Virus record (IMG/VR): IMGVR_UViG_3300044733_004038
From: an uncultured virus (IMG/VR IMGVR_UViG_3300044733_004038)
Lineage: Duplodnaviria; Heunggongvirae; Uroviricota; Caudoviricetes
DNA: 64,000 nt
Strand: one strand, 5' to 3'
This document shows, piece by piece, positions 1 through 10,255 of the stretch. The position numbers and the translations under genes were made by a program. The notes below the pieces were generated by a model. It did not search any database, was not told the origin of the DNA, and was given only the letters and a program-made list of their open reading frames with translations. The first letter of the stretch is position 1, and every line of letters begins with the position of its first letter.

Positions 1-2
1 AA

Positions 3-1337
3 TTTTTCCGTGGAGCGCAAGGCTCTTACACAGACCATGTCTTTTCACGAAGCGTTGAGGACTACGATGAAGTAGTTAATGCCTTAAACAACTATGTAAT
101 CATAGATGTCCCAGACGGCGTGTCGCCAGACAGCGTGCGCTCAGCATTTAATATTGCTGGCGTTGTTGACCCACGCCCATCGGTAGAGCAAGATTTTCGC
201 GTTCTTATTGAAAATCGGCTTATGAGCGTGCTTGGTGGAAAAACAAATGCGTCAAGAAATGAAGCTAGACCAGAAGTCAGACAAGAGATTCTCTCTGAAG
301 TAAAAACTAAATACGGTATTGGAGTTGAAGACGTCTACGTTGGTGTTGGCGCCAATGGCCGTATCGAGATGCGAGTTTCTAAAGAAAAAGCAGCAGCTTT
401 GGCAAAAGAAGCTAAAATTGAAATTGCAGAGCATAATTTAACTGTGTCTGCTGGGTACCGCCCTGACCCAGAACTTGCGGCCAAAAAGATAGCAGACATT
501 ATCGTTGGGCCAAACAGAGCACTTATGTCGACGTTGGCAAGATGGACCGAAGGCGTCGGCGGCTCGGGTCAGTCTTCAGAAACTGACATGGCCACGGGCG
601 GTGCAGACTACGTATTCTTCTCGCCTAAAGACATGACTGTAACCTCAAGTATCGGCTACGGCGTCAGTGACGCCAGTGACGCTACAGTGACATTTGACGC
701 GGTTGATCTGTTCACGCGACTTGATTTCTATGCCAACTACGTCGATACTTATGGCGCTAGATCTGAAGAAAACGACAATCTTAAGAACGCTGCTCCTGGC
801 GGCTATGAGCTGATGTTCAAGGACAGAGTTAGCACTGATATGCTAAAAGACATCGTTGTTCACACAAGAGTAGTTCCATTTTTGATTGAAGAACTCAAGA
901 ACCGCGGAATAACTGAAATAAACGGAAGGTCTGTTGACGAAGTTGTGACAGTTGGCGGTCAAGGTGTAGTTATGGAAAAAGAAGGCGCAGTTAAGAAGTT
1001 CCAAACAAAACTAGATGAAAATCTTAAAACCAGGTTTGGAGAAGATTTTGGTGGCGCGAAAAAGTACAAAGACTGGCTAAATGAAGATCCATCAGGACGG
1101 GCAAAAGAATACGCTCCGCCAGTAGATGAAAACGCGGTCATTGTTGCAGTCAAAGACCTGAACAATGAAAAACAAGAAAGAGTCATCGTTCGTCTTACTA
1201 ACGGCGCGTATCTTTCGTACACCAGGTACACGGGAGCTATTGGCGCACCGTTTACCTATGAGTATCAAGAAATTGAAAACGATTTCCCAGGGTGGACGTA
1301 TCTTACTTCAGATGAACAAAGCAAAGGATCTAACTAA
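3..1337 (+). CDS. 5'-truncated large head-region protein, possible ADP-ribosyltransferase-like C-terminal domain
   Basis: Frame is open from nt 3 (FFRGAQGSY...), so the gene starts outside the window. Motif order H...LMS..R...DYVFFSP...YELMFKDRV..DML.DIVV recalls the DarT/ART fold. Confidence 0.45.
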   Translation, partial: FFRGAQGSYTDHVFSRSVEDYDEVVNALNNYVIIDVPDGVSPDSVRSAFNIAGVVDPRPSVEQDFRVLIENRLMSVLGGKTNASRNEARPEVRQEILSEVKTKYGIGVEDVYVGVGANGRIEMRVSKEKAAALAKEAKIEIAEHNLTVSAGYRPDPELAAKKIADIIVGPNRALMSTLARWTEGVGGSGQSSETDMATGGADYVFFSPKDMTVTSSIGYGVSDASDATVTFDAVDLFTRLDFYANYVDTYGARSEENDNLKNAAPGGYELMFKDRVSTDMLKDIVVHTRVVPFLIEELKNRGITEINGRSVDEVVTVGGQGVVMEKEGAVKKFQTKLDENLKTRFGEDFGGAKKYKDWLNEDPSGRAKEYAPPVDENAVIVAVKDLNNEKQERVIVRLTNGAYLSYTRYTGAIGAPFTYEYQEIENDFPGWTYLTSDEQSKGSN

Positions 1338-1340
1338 CTT

Positions 1341-1721
1341 ATGGCCAGAAAACTAAAAATAGCAGACTATAAGTCGTCAGAAACTATGTATCTTCTTGTG
1401 GAAGGTGTTGCAGTTTTAGATACGTCTATAGATGGCAAGCCTGCTGGATCGCGCCCTGTGTTCTCAGTGCGTCTTAGAGGAACTGCAGTTATGTGCCCTA
1501 TGTACTCTCGTACATCCGAGTACCCGTTACAATCTGATGAGGATCTTGATATAAACGAAAAAGAAGGAATAATAAAGTTTACATCGCGCGGTGCTCAGTA
1601 TACTATCCGCGCTTTTCAAGATTCTGACAGGTCTTGGTTTTTGTCAGGTTCTAAGAAGAAAACGGCGTCAGCTGAACAAATGGAAAAAATGTTTAAAGAA
1701 TCAATAGACGGCAGGTACTAA
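1341..1721 (+). CDS. hypothetical protein
   Basis: 126-aa ATG ORF tightly packed between its neighbours. Confidence 0.75.
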   Translation: MARKLKIADYKSSETMYLLVEGVAVLDTSIDGKPAGSRPVFSVRLRGTAVMCPMYSRTSEYPLQSDEDLDINEKEGIIKFTSRGAQYTIRAFQDSDRSWFLSGSKKKTASAEQMEKMFKESIDGRY

Positions 1722-2447
1722 ATGAACGTTGCTAAACAATGGCCAACAGAGATTAAAGAGAATGAGATTCTCTTCGCTGGTGTCGACGCTGAGAGCGCAA
1801 ATATCACCTACCTCGTGTTTTCAAGCCAAGAAAAAAAGAAAATGTACGTGCGTGCAGACGGTACTTGGCTGCCGATTATGATCGACGACTCCGACATCCT
1901 CAATGATCTTGAGGTATATCAAGTAACTTTAGAATTTATTCCAGTGTACGATAAAGCAGAGGCAGCTGGCACGACCTTAACTTCCGCAGACGCTGACGCC
2001 TACGCGACTAAGCGCCCAATGACGGCTGCTGCCGGCGACTGCCCGCCAGCAACTCAAGATATCTCGTTGAATCTTACTAACCGTCAGAACGCGATCGACA
2101 ACGTCGGCTACGGGCCACTTAACCCAGCCGAGCCGAACGAAGAATTTTGGCAGAAAAAAGCTGACCGCTGGAACGTCACCATCGAAGAGGCACAAACGTC
2201 AAGATGCGGCAACTGCGCCGTGTTTATCGTAACAACACAGATGAAAGAATGCATACAACAAGGTCTTGAGAGTGGGCAAAGTAACGTCGCCTACAACTAC
2301 AGCAACTGGGACGCGATCGACGAAGCTGCTGAACTTGGCTATTGCGAGGCTCTTGACTTCAAATGCGCCGCCTCTCGTACGTGCGATGCGTGGATTGCCG
2401 GTGGTCCAGTTGCTGATACTGTTAAAGAAGAAAGCGAATATCGATGA
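1722..2447 (+). CDS. hypothetical head-region protein with Cys-rich C-terminal domain
   Basis: CPPATQD...RCGNC...GYC..LDFKC...RTCDAW; ATGA overlap with the next gene. Confidence 0.75.
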   Translation: MNVAKQWPTEIKENEILFAGVDAESANITYLVFSSQEKKKMYVRADGTWLPIMIDDSDILNDLEVYQVTLEFIPVYDKAEAAGTTLTSADADAYATKRPMTAAAGDCPPATQDISLNLTNRQNAIDNVGYGPLNPAEPNEEFWQKKADRWNVTIEEAQTSRCGNCAVFIVTTQMKECIQQGLESGQSNVAYNYSNWDAIDEAAELGYCEALDFKCAASRTCDAWIAGGPVADTVKEESEYR

Positions 2448-5400
2448 CCACACTTCACGGCCAAAATGGCAACTACCTTTTGTTTAGCGACGATGACAGC
2501 AACGCAGTCATTATTGACCAAGACGCGAACTTAGTTGTTGAAGTCGGGTCATTTCAACTGCTTTCTTCAGCGATGGACTGGAGTGCTTCCACAGAAACCG
2601 CTTCAAACTCCGTGGTAGATCTAGCACACGGTTCTCTAGCAGATCTTCGCGTTGAGGTGCTCGTAGCCTCAAGCAGAATGTACACGATACCCAAGGCAGT
2701 TCAAGAAGAAGCCAAACGCGGCCTTAACTGGAGAAAAGAATACGATCGCGCAGGGACTCCAGTTGGAATGAATACTGCTCGCAGACTTGCTGCAGGCGGT
2801 CAAATTGGAATTAAAAAAGTTCGTCATATCGCAAAGTACTTTCCACGTCATGAAGTTGACAAAAAAGCCAAAGGCTACAAGCCAGGTCAAGACGGCTTTC
2901 CATCTAACGGAAGAATAGCGTGGGCTCTTTGGGGTGGAGACTCTGCATGGCGCTGGGCTCGTGCGATCGTAGAACGTGAAAATAAGAAAGCAATGCGTGC
3001 GGCTGGCAGCGATGACTTTGCGCTGTACAGTGCTGTAGCAGACTACGATGGAGATATCGACGCGTTTAAGCAAGCGTACGAACTTGGAGAAGGAAATGGC
3101 CCAGAGTTTGTAGGAAGAACTCGTATGGACGGCAGTGGCATCGATCGCTTGTACAGAGTTGACATCGACGGCACTGTGTCGGTGTGGGACGGCGGACGTT
3201 GGGACGATCTTGGAGAAATCGATGGTGACTTTTTAATTTATGACGCGGAGCTAGATGAAGAAAGTGATGACGTTGAAAAGCAACATATTCTTCTTGACGT
3301 AGACTCAGCGTTGATTATTTCTGCTCATCTGCAGCAGTCGCCTTACACTCCTGTCTCAGTTCGCAGTCTGAACTCAGAAGAAGCACAGATGGTTCTTCTT
3401 GCGGCTGATGAAATTGACTGGGAATTAGTAGACCGTGCAGTTGTCGCTGCTGGCGAAACTCCAAGTTCTACTGACATAACACCAGGGCAATACACTCCAG
3501 AAGAGCGCTCGCAAAAAGCTCGTTCACAAGTTCGTGACAGAACTGGAAGATTTGCTTCTGCAGGCTCAAGAGTAATTGTCGGTGGAGACGCAGTCAATGG
3601 TCGTGGGTACATTACAGGCATTGACGGCGCATCTAAAAACGTTGTAGTTAAACTTGACTCTGGTGAAAGCGTCACAGTTCCAGCTACTCAAACTGAAAAA
3701 GAAGGCGCAATAATTAAACAAGAAGCCGCCGAGGCTGATGGAATCGCGCCTTCGCCTATCGACACTTCCGGAATTCTTGCTCAACCACGAGCTCCAATCG
3801 ATCGTCCGAACGCAGTTATTCCCGGCGGACTGCCTGGACTAACATCTCGTGATCTTAAAACTATAATTGCAGATTTCCCTGCTTGGGTTAAAGAGCAGCG
3901 AGACAAGCAGCAACCGGCGAAGATAGAGACGCCACAGACTGGACCTCGTCCACGCGTCTACGAAAAGTCTGAGTATCTAAAAGAACTAGAAAAGCAGACA
4001 GGTGTCGAACTCTACACTGGCAGCGCGAAGAATCATCCGCTGCTTCAAGATTTCTTTAAGAAAAAGAAAAACAATCTTTGGTACCAACCGCTAATTTCTG
4101 CAGCCGAGGCTGAAAAAGAAGAAGTCAAAGTTACTCCTAACAAGCCTGGAAAACAACTAACGCCAGAAACCTCAGACGTAGATCCAATGTACGTTGCTAT
4201 CGTTTCACCAGATGATCCTCGCGCTGTGCTCGACCTTGTGGCCGTGATTCCTGCAAGCACGACGTCAACCTCGCCGATGACCTTTAAGCGAGTCAATGGC
4301 CAGTGGGTTGAAGACGCGCAGATTCTTGCAGATCTCAATTCGCCAACACCGCCTCCAGTAGTTCCGCTCGACACTGACGTGTACAAAGACGTGCTGCAGC
4401 AAGTAGACGGCGCGATGACTGCAGGCCTTGAGTTTGCGCAAGGTGGTCTGGACCGTAACCGTGGAAACGCAGAACGACTTCGCCGCTACTGGACTGTCGG
4501 CAAAGGCGCTCTAAAAATTCGCTGGGGAACTCCTGGCGACTGGACTCGTTGCTATCGTCAACTTGCTAAGTATATGGGTCCTCGTGCAAAAGGATACTGC
4601 GCATTGCGTCATAAGGAAGTAACCGGACTATGGACTGGTGACAAGCTTCACCGTCAACTGTACGGAAGAAAAAATCGTGGAGCACTTGCCGCAGACGATA
4701 TCGTCTCGAGCGAAGAATACGTCAACGCGGCGATTCTTTCAGCGCAGGCTGATGACGCTCGTTTACGTGTCTTGACAGCAGGTGGCGACATGCACAGTGG
4801 CGCAACGTTCTACATTCCTCTTGTAATTCCAGAAGAAAAAGAATCTGGCGACGGCAGAATGTTTGAAAAAGAAGCAATTTCTATGCGTGAGCTGCCTTTG
4901 CCTTTGCTGTGGCAGATAAAGACAGGCGCAGGGCACGATGGCTCAGTTGTTGTCGGTCGTATCGATCAAATGGAGCGAGTAGATGGCGGTATCGGCAACT
5001 GCCGCGGTGTCTTTGATTCAAGCCCATACGGACGTGAAGCAGAAAGAATGGTTAGTGAAGGATTCATTAGTGGAGTGTCTGCAGACCTTGACATGTTTGA
5101 AGCAAGCGAAGAAATTAACGATGAAGCAGGAGATTCTACCGATAAAAAGATCGGTGGAAGCAAGATTAAGATAACTAAGGCTAGAGTAATGGCAGTTACA
5201 ATGGTCCCTAAGCCTGCGTTTCAACAATGCAAGATCTACATAGAAGAAAATACTGACGAAAGTCAAAATCAGGAGGCAGAAGTGGTTTCAGACGGAATCT
5301 ACACGGATGATGCAAATGAACTAGACGCAGCGGCGCTTGTCGCCTGCGGCATGATCGCAAGTTCAATCCCAGTTGTCCCACCGGCGACGTGGTTCGCAGA

Positions 5401-6430
5401 TCCTAAGTTAAAAGAGGCAACTCCTTTGACAGTTACCGACGAAGGGCGCGTGTTTGGTCACATTGCCGCATGGCACGTAGACCACATCGGAATGTCATTT
5501 GGCACAAAGCCTCCTCGTTCACGCAGTAAGTACTCGTACTTCCACACAGGAGTAGTTCGCACAGATGACGGCAGTGATGCGCCAGTAGGGCAACTAACAC
5601 TAGCCGGCGGTCATGCCTCGCTTGAGGCCAGTGCCGCCGAAGCGGTACGTCACTACGACGACACTGCATCAGCAATTGCTGACGTACACGCTGGTGAAGA
5701 CGCTCATGGCATCTGGGTAGCAGGTTCTCTGCGTCCAGACGCTAGGCCAGAGCAGATCCGCGCGCTTCGTGCTTCTGCTCCATCTGGAGACTGGCGCCCA
5801 ATCAAGGGTCACCTTGAGCTCGTCGCTGTTTGTCAGGTGAACGTTCCTGGCTTCCCAATCGCCCGTGCACGTGTCGCTGGCGGTCAAGTTTACGCTCTTG
5901 TTGCTGCAGGCGCAGCTACTCTTGCAAGACTTAAGTCTGATCCAATAGCAGAACTTAACGCCCGCGTTGAGAGAATTGAGACGCTTGAAAAAGCAGAACT
6001 TCTTGCAAAAATTCAAGCTGCTTCGACAATCGTAAATCAAGTTCGAGCAGAGAAGAAAGCAGAATTGGCGGCTAAAGCTGAAGAACTGTCAGACAAAGTT
6101 AGGTCTTCATTTGAGTACGACACTCTTGGGTACATATCACGACAAGTTCGTGAAAAACTGGCTGGAGAAGGCAAAGCTCTTCCAGACGGATCGTTCCCTA
6201 TTCGTAGCGTTGAGGAGCTTAAGAACGCCATTCAAGCGTACGGTCGTGCTAAGCCAAGCAAGCGAGCAGCCGTTCGCCGTCACATCATCAAGAGCGCTCG
6301 TCGCCTCAAGAAGAGCGACGTAGTTCCAGAAAAATGGAAAGCAGCCAGCCTGACTGATGATGACGTTATCAACGACATTCAAGCCCGCGTCGCTTCACTC
6401 AAGGCTACTGACGAAGAAACGCAGAAGTAA
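2444..6430 (+). CDS. multidomain capsid maturation protease
   Basis: LPLPLLWQ..GAGHDGSVVVGRID and GVSADLD (His/Ser motifs of prohead proteases), plus RVFGHIAAW and SGDWR segments typical of actinophage proteases. Lies upstream of the capsid gene. Confidence 0.8.
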   Translation: MTTLHGQNGNYLLFSDDDSNAVIIDQDANLVVEVGSFQLLSSAMDWSASTETASNSVVDLAHGSLADLRVEVLVASSRMYTIPKAVQEEAKRGLNWRKEYDRAGTPVGMNTARRLAAGGQIGIKKVRHIAKYFPRHEVDKKAKGYKPGQDGFPSNGRIAWALWGGDSAWRWARAIVERENKKAMRAAGSDDFALYSAVADYDGDIDAFKQAYELGEGNGPEFVGRTRMDGSGIDRLYRVDIDGTVSVWDGGRWDDLGEIDGDFLIYDAELDEESDDVEKQHILLDVDSALIISAHLQQSPYTPVSVRSLNSEEAQMVLLAADEIDWELVDRAVVAAGETPSSTDITPGQYTPEERSQKARSQVRDRTGRFASAGSRVIVGGDAVNGRGYITGIDGASKNVVVKLDSGESVTVPATQTEKEGAIIKQEAAEADGIAPSPIDTSGILAQPRAPIDRPNAVIPGGLPGLTSRDLKTIIADFPAWVKEQRDKQQPAKIETPQTGPRPRVYEKSEYLKELEKQTGVELYTGSAKNHPLLQDFFKKKKNNLWYQPLISAAEAEKEEVKVTPNKPGKQLTPETSDVDPMYVAIVSPDDPRAVLDLVAVIPASTTSTSPMTFKRVNGQWVEDAQILADLNSPTPPPVVPLDTDVYKDVLQQVDGAMTAGLEFAQGGLDRNRGNAERLRRYWTVGKGALKIRWGTPGDWTRCYRQLAKYMGPRAKGYCALRHKEVTGLWTGDKLHRQLYGRKNRGALAADDIVSSEEYVNAAILSAQADDARLRVLTAGGDMHSGATFYIPLVIPEEKESGDGRMFEKEAISMRELPLPLLWQIKTGAGHDGSVVVGRIDQMERVDGGIGNCRGVFDSSPYGREAERMVSEGFISGVSADLDMFEASEEINDEAGDSTDKKIGGSKIKITKARVMAVTMVPKPAFQQCKIYIEENTDESQNQEAEVVSDGIYTDDANELDAAALVACGMIASSIPVVPPATWFADPKLKEATPLTVTDEGRVFGHIAAWHVDHIGMSFGTKPPRSRSKYSYFHTGVVRTDDGSDAPVGQLTLAGGHASLEASAAEAVRHYDDTASAIADVHAGEDAHGIWVAGSLRPDARPEQIRALRASAPSGDWRPIKGHLELVAVCQVNVPGFPIARARVAGGQVYALVAAGAATLARLKSDPIAELNARVERIETLEKAELLAKIQAASTIVNQVRAEKKAELAAKAEELSDKVRSSFEYDTLGYISRQVREKLAGEGKALPDGSFPIRSVEELKNAIQAYGRAKPSKRAAVRRHIIKSARRLKKSDVVPEKWKAASLTDDDVINDIQARVASLKATDEETQK

Positions 6431-6439
6431 TAGCCGCTA

Positions 6440-7252
6440 ATGATCGTACCTGAAGAGAGAGATCTAGCGGAAGCCCTTATTCAACTTGCTGAAAAGTATG
6501 GCAAGTTTAACGAAGATAAGACAGGCATTTGGGCAGGGTACACTCCTGCGGCTGAAAACGACGTGGCTGATATTGGAGTAACCTGCGCTAACTGCCTTCT
6601 GTACGAAGGCGGATCTTCATGCAAAATTATTTCATTAGAGGTTGAACCAATGGGCAAATGCAGGTTTGCAGTGATCCCAGACGGTGTTGTTACGGTAGAA
6701 ACGGCAGGTGTAGAAGCAGTTTTTGCAGATAACTCTAGTGATAAATACATTTCAGGCATTAACCAGCCTAGAGACGCGTCTGGGCAATTTCGTCAAGTTC
6801 TTGCACGTATTAAACTTGACGCTGGTAAGTCTGGTCTTGATAACGTTATTCAAAAAGTAGAGGAAGCCGAAAACTTTGACGATGCTGGAAACTATGGAAA
6901 AGCGGTTGAATCTGCTGATGATCTAATCGGCATTATTGATCGTCTTGACTCAGGGGCACTCAATGCTGAAGCCCTTGAAAACATTAGGTCTTCGTCTAAA
7001 CAGTTAGGGCTTGTTATAGCCAATCTTCCATTGCCATTTGGCAAGGACGCACAGAAAGTCAGATTTAGTGATCTACCTCCGGCTCTTCGAGATCTTATCG
7101 AAGACATGATGGCAAAGGTAGAAAAGAAGATTGGAAAAGACGACGCTAATGTTGCCACAAAAAGTCTACGATCGTATAAGTCCGGTGGAGACGTTTACTC
7201 TCAAGGAGAGGTATCCTCTGAGATGAGTAAACTCTTAAGGTTATTGACGTAG
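6440..7252 (+). CDS. hypothetical head-associated protein (CxxC..C..C N-terminal domain, QPRDxxGxF motif)
   Basis: TCANC..SSC..GKCRF and QPRDASGQF motifs; located between the protease and capsid genes. Confidence 0.7.
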   Translation: MIVPEERDLAEALIQLAEKYGKFNEDKTGIWAGYTPAAENDVADIGVTCANCLLYEGGSSCKIISLEVEPMGKCRFAVIPDGVVTVETAGVEAVFADNSSDKYISGINQPRDASGQFRQVLARIKLDAGKSGLDNVIQKVEEAENFDDAGNYGKAVESADDLIGIIDRLDSGALNAEALENIRSSSKQLGLVIANLPLPFGKDAQKVRFSDLPPALRDLIEDMMAKVEKKIGKDDANVATKSLRSYKSGGDVYSQGEVSSEMSKLLRLLT

Positions 7253-7369
7253 TAATATCTATCGTAGGTGAGTGCCTCTTCGCTTGTTGCGCTGAGTCCC
7301 CCGCCTTGGACAGAAAACCGAGATGGAAGCAATCCGAGCAACCATCATGACTGGCCCGGAGGAGGGACA

Positions 7370-9256
7370 GTGGACCAAATTAAACAAATGCTTGACACTA
7401 TCACTGAGCTGACCGACGATCAAATCGTCGATCTGCAAGGTGCTATCGTCAGCGAGTTTGAATCGGTCGAAAAAGAAGATCCAACTCCTCAGACAGTTGA
7501 AGCTATGACCACACTTGCCGACATGCTCGACACAGTGCGTGGTGAAGCTAAGCGTCGTGAAGCACAAGCACAAGAGCTTGCTGCACGCGCTGCTGAAGCC
7601 GCCATGCGTGTTAAGGGTGAAGCAGAAGGTGACATGGAAACCCCAGAAATCGAAGCAGAAGAAGCTCCTGAAGCTCCTAAAGCAGTCGAAGAAGAGGAAG
7701 AAATGAAACCAATGGAAGAAGCATCAATTACTGAGGAAGCACAGACTACACTTTCGATTGAGACAGCAGAAAATGCAGAAGCTCACGTAGCTGAAGCTGC
7801 AGTTGCTGAAGTGGTAGCAGAGGTGCCTGCGCAAGCAGAAGCCGCTGTTGTCGCAACAGAAGCTGTTGCAGAAGTAATCGTTGAAGCAGAAGCAGCAACA
7901 ACAACAACAATTCAAGAACCAGCTCAAGAAGAGCAGAAAGAGCAGGAGGCATCAATGAGCGCCGCCGCATCAAATGAGAGCGTGGAAGTAGAATTCCAAG
8001 CTCCAGCAGACCGCAGTCTGACAGCAACAACTGAGGAGTTCGCACCAGTAGCAATTACTGCCGGCGCAGATATCCCTGGTTACACTGCAGGCAGCGAAAT
8101 TAAGGACATGAAAGAAGTTGCTGAAGCAATGGCCAAGCGTTTGCATGGTCTTCGCCGAGTCAACGGTGGCGATGGAGAACAACACATCGTCGCTTCTTTC
8201 TCAACAGGCTACCCTGAGTCACGTCAACTGACGCAAGATGCTGAAGCCAACTGGGCAAAAGTGCAGGCCGTTAGCGGTCCAGAAGCACTCGTTGCATCGG
8301 GTGGTCATTCAACACCTTTCGCCATCAAGTATGACATCTTTGGCGTAGGCACAACAGAGCGTCCAGTACGCGATTCATTGCCGAAGTTCCAGGCTGACCG
8401 TGGCGGTATCCGCTTCATCACGCCTCCGGTGCTCTCGAGCTATGCAAACGCAGTTGGCACGTGGACTAACGCAACAGACACAAATCCTGGCACCGACACC
8501 AAGACCAGCCTGACAGTATCAGCAGCAACAGAAAACACAGTTGCCACTGACGCAGTCACTCTGCAATTGCAGTTCGGTAACCTCATGACACGTGCTTACC
8601 CAGAACTCATCGCTCGTCACAACGAGTTGGGTCTGATTCAGCACGCTCGCGAGGCAGAACAGTACTTGCTTGGCAAGATCAGCTCTGCATCAACAGCAGT
8701 CACAACATCGTCGCTCTTGGGCTTCGCACGTGACTTCTTGGTGCAACTTGGTCGCGCTTCGATGGGTTACCGTAGCCGTCATCGTATGGCGTCAGACGCA
8801 CCACTTCGCGTAATTGCTCCATCGTGGGTAAAAGACGCAATGGTCGCTGACCTCGCGATGAACATGCCTGGTGACAGCAATCTTGCAGCAGCCGGTGAAA
8901 TTGATGGTTGGATGGCGTCTCGTAATGTAAACATTACGTTCACACCTGACCAGAACGTAATTGGTGCACAAGGCGGATCAGCAGCACTTGTTGAATTCAC
9001 AGATTCATTCACATGGTACATCTTCGCAGAGGGTTCGTTCCTCTTCCTTGACGGTGGCACCTTGGACCTCGGCATCATCCGTGACTCCACACTCGTAGGA
9101 ACCAACGACTACAAGATGTTCGTTGAAACCTTCGAAGGAATCGCGTTTGTCGGAGTTGAGTCACTCGCAGTTACATCAACAATTGCAGTCAACGGTACAG
9201 CAGCAGCTCTCCGTGACACAACTGGTGGTGCAACAGCAGCAGCAATCGAGTTCTAA
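7370..9256 (+). CDS. major capsid protein (hexamer type) with N-terminal acidic scaffold-like region
   Basis: GTG start after a GGAGG RBS. Glu/Ala-rich N-terminus, then LVASGG, FQADRGGI, LDLGIIRDSTL..NDY.MF.ETFE, resembling cluster-B actinophage capsid proteins. Followed by a strong hairpin. Confidence 0.85.
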   Translation: MDQIKQMLDTITELTDDQIVDLQGAIVSEFESVEKEDPTPQTVEAMTTLADMLDTVRGEAKRREAQAQELAARAAEAAMRVKGEAEGDMETPEIEAEEAPEAPKAVEEEEEMKPMEEASITEEAQTTLSIETAENAEAHVAEAAVAEVVAEVPAQAEAAVVATEAVAEVIVEAEAATTTTIQEPAQEEQKEQEASMSAAASNESVEVEFQAPADRSLTATTEEFAPVAITAGADIPGYTAGSEIKDMKEVAEAMAKRLHGLRRVNGGDGEQHIVASFSTGYPESRQLTQDAEANWAKVQAVSGPEALVASGGHSTPFAIKYDIFGVGTTERPVRDSLPKFQADRGGIRFITPPVLSSYANAVGTWTNATDTNPGTDTKTSLTVSAATENTVATDAVTLQLQFGNLMTRAYPELIARHNELGLIQHAREAEQYLLGKISSASTAVTTSSLLGFARDFLVQLGRASMGYRSRHRMASDAPLRVIAPSWVKDAMVADLAMNMPGDSNLAAAGEIDGWMASRNVNITFTPDQNVIGAQGGSAALVEFTDSFTWYIFAEGSFLFLDGGTLDLGIIRDSTLVGTNDYKMFVETFEGIAFVGVESLAVTSTIAVNGTAAALRDTTGGATAAAIEF

Positions 9257-9275
9257 ATAAACTTGTAAGCTGATA

Positions 9276-9317
9276 TCGTTTGAGGGGGCGCTCAGAAATG
9301 AGCGTCCCCCTAGACGA
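9276..9317 (+). terminator. stem-loop after capsid gene
   Basis: TCGTTTGAGGGGGCGCTCA-GAAA-TGAGCGTCCCCCTAGACGA. Confidence 0.7.
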
Positions 9318-9358
9318 ATTAGAAGTAAAGCACGCGAAACTTACGTTAGGAAGAGAAA

Positions 9359-10234
9359 ATGGCATTTCCAAAAGATGGAGTTGTAGTCGCACCTGCAATT
9401 GAGCCAGCAGACTTTGGTCTATTTTCAGTAGCCAAGCCTGAAGCGACTGCCTTGGCCGATGAGGACCGGTGGATCCGCACCTTTGCCCAAGAATGGAACA
9501 CAAGCATCTACTCAGCGAAGAACTGGGACGACACTGACACAACTTCAGCGTCTATCGCGTCAAACGGTACGCCAATACGCCACACACAGATCAAGCCATT
9601 TTTTATTGAAGTAGAAGAACAGATCTCAACATTTGGTTACACAGCGCTTGATCGCTTTGAAAGAATTTCACGACAAATTGAAGGAATTACACAAAAGGCA
9701 ATTGAGCAAGAACTTTGGGACGGAGCAGTCCGTGAAGGAGCGTCACACGACAATCTCGCGCTATCCGCCGCCACAGCAACAGTCTTAAACAGTGGGACAG
9801 CACTTAACGTGGCTAGAGCACTTGCGCTTCTTGACTTTAAGATTGGATCAACATCTCCTTGTGGAGAACAGGGCGTTATTCACATGACACGCGACATCGC
9901 CTCGCTTTTAGCTAACAACGACGTGCTCTATCACACTGCTGATGGCCGTCTTGAGACAATATCTGGAACGCCAATAATCATTGGATCTGGATATTCGGGC
10001 ACTGGGCCGACTGGTGTCACTGGCGCAACCGCAACCGACGGAAACAAATGGATATATGGCACTGGATCAGTGCAGGTATACGTCGGAAACGTTGATGTTG
10101 TAAACGACAACAACGGCCAGGCGTATGATGTCAGCGGAAACCAAAATGACATGAAGCTCAAGGCAATTCGCCCAGCGGCGGTTTACTTTGATAGAACAAT
10201 TCATCTAGCAGTCAGAGTAGACCTGACAACCTAA
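9359..10234 (+). CDS. second capsid protein (pentamer-type/minor capsid)
   Basis: Directly after the capsid gene; IEQELWDG, GVIHM, GTPIIIGSGY, WIYGTGSV motifs resemble the pentamer protein of cluster-B-like actinophages. Confidence 0.65.
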   Translation: MAFPKDGVVVAPAIEPADFGLFSVAKPEATALADEDRWIRTFAQEWNTSIYSAKNWDDTDTTSASIASNGTPIRHTQIKPFFIEVEEQISTFGYTALDRFERISRQIEGITQKAIEQELWDGAVREGASHDNLALSAATATVLNSGTALNVARALALLDFKIGSTSPCGEQGVIHMTRDIASLLANNDVLYHTADGRLETISGTPIIIGSGYSGTGPTGVTGATATDGNKWIYGTGSVQVYVGNVDVVNDNNGQAYDVSGNQNDMKLKAIRPAAVYFDRTIHLAVRVDLTT

Positions 10235-10255
10235 TCACTAAGGAGAACAACAGCA

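Noticed and set aside
7268..7369. ORF-track start of the capsid gene
   Set aside because: A GGAGG RBS precedes GTG at 7370; the upstream part looks like leader.
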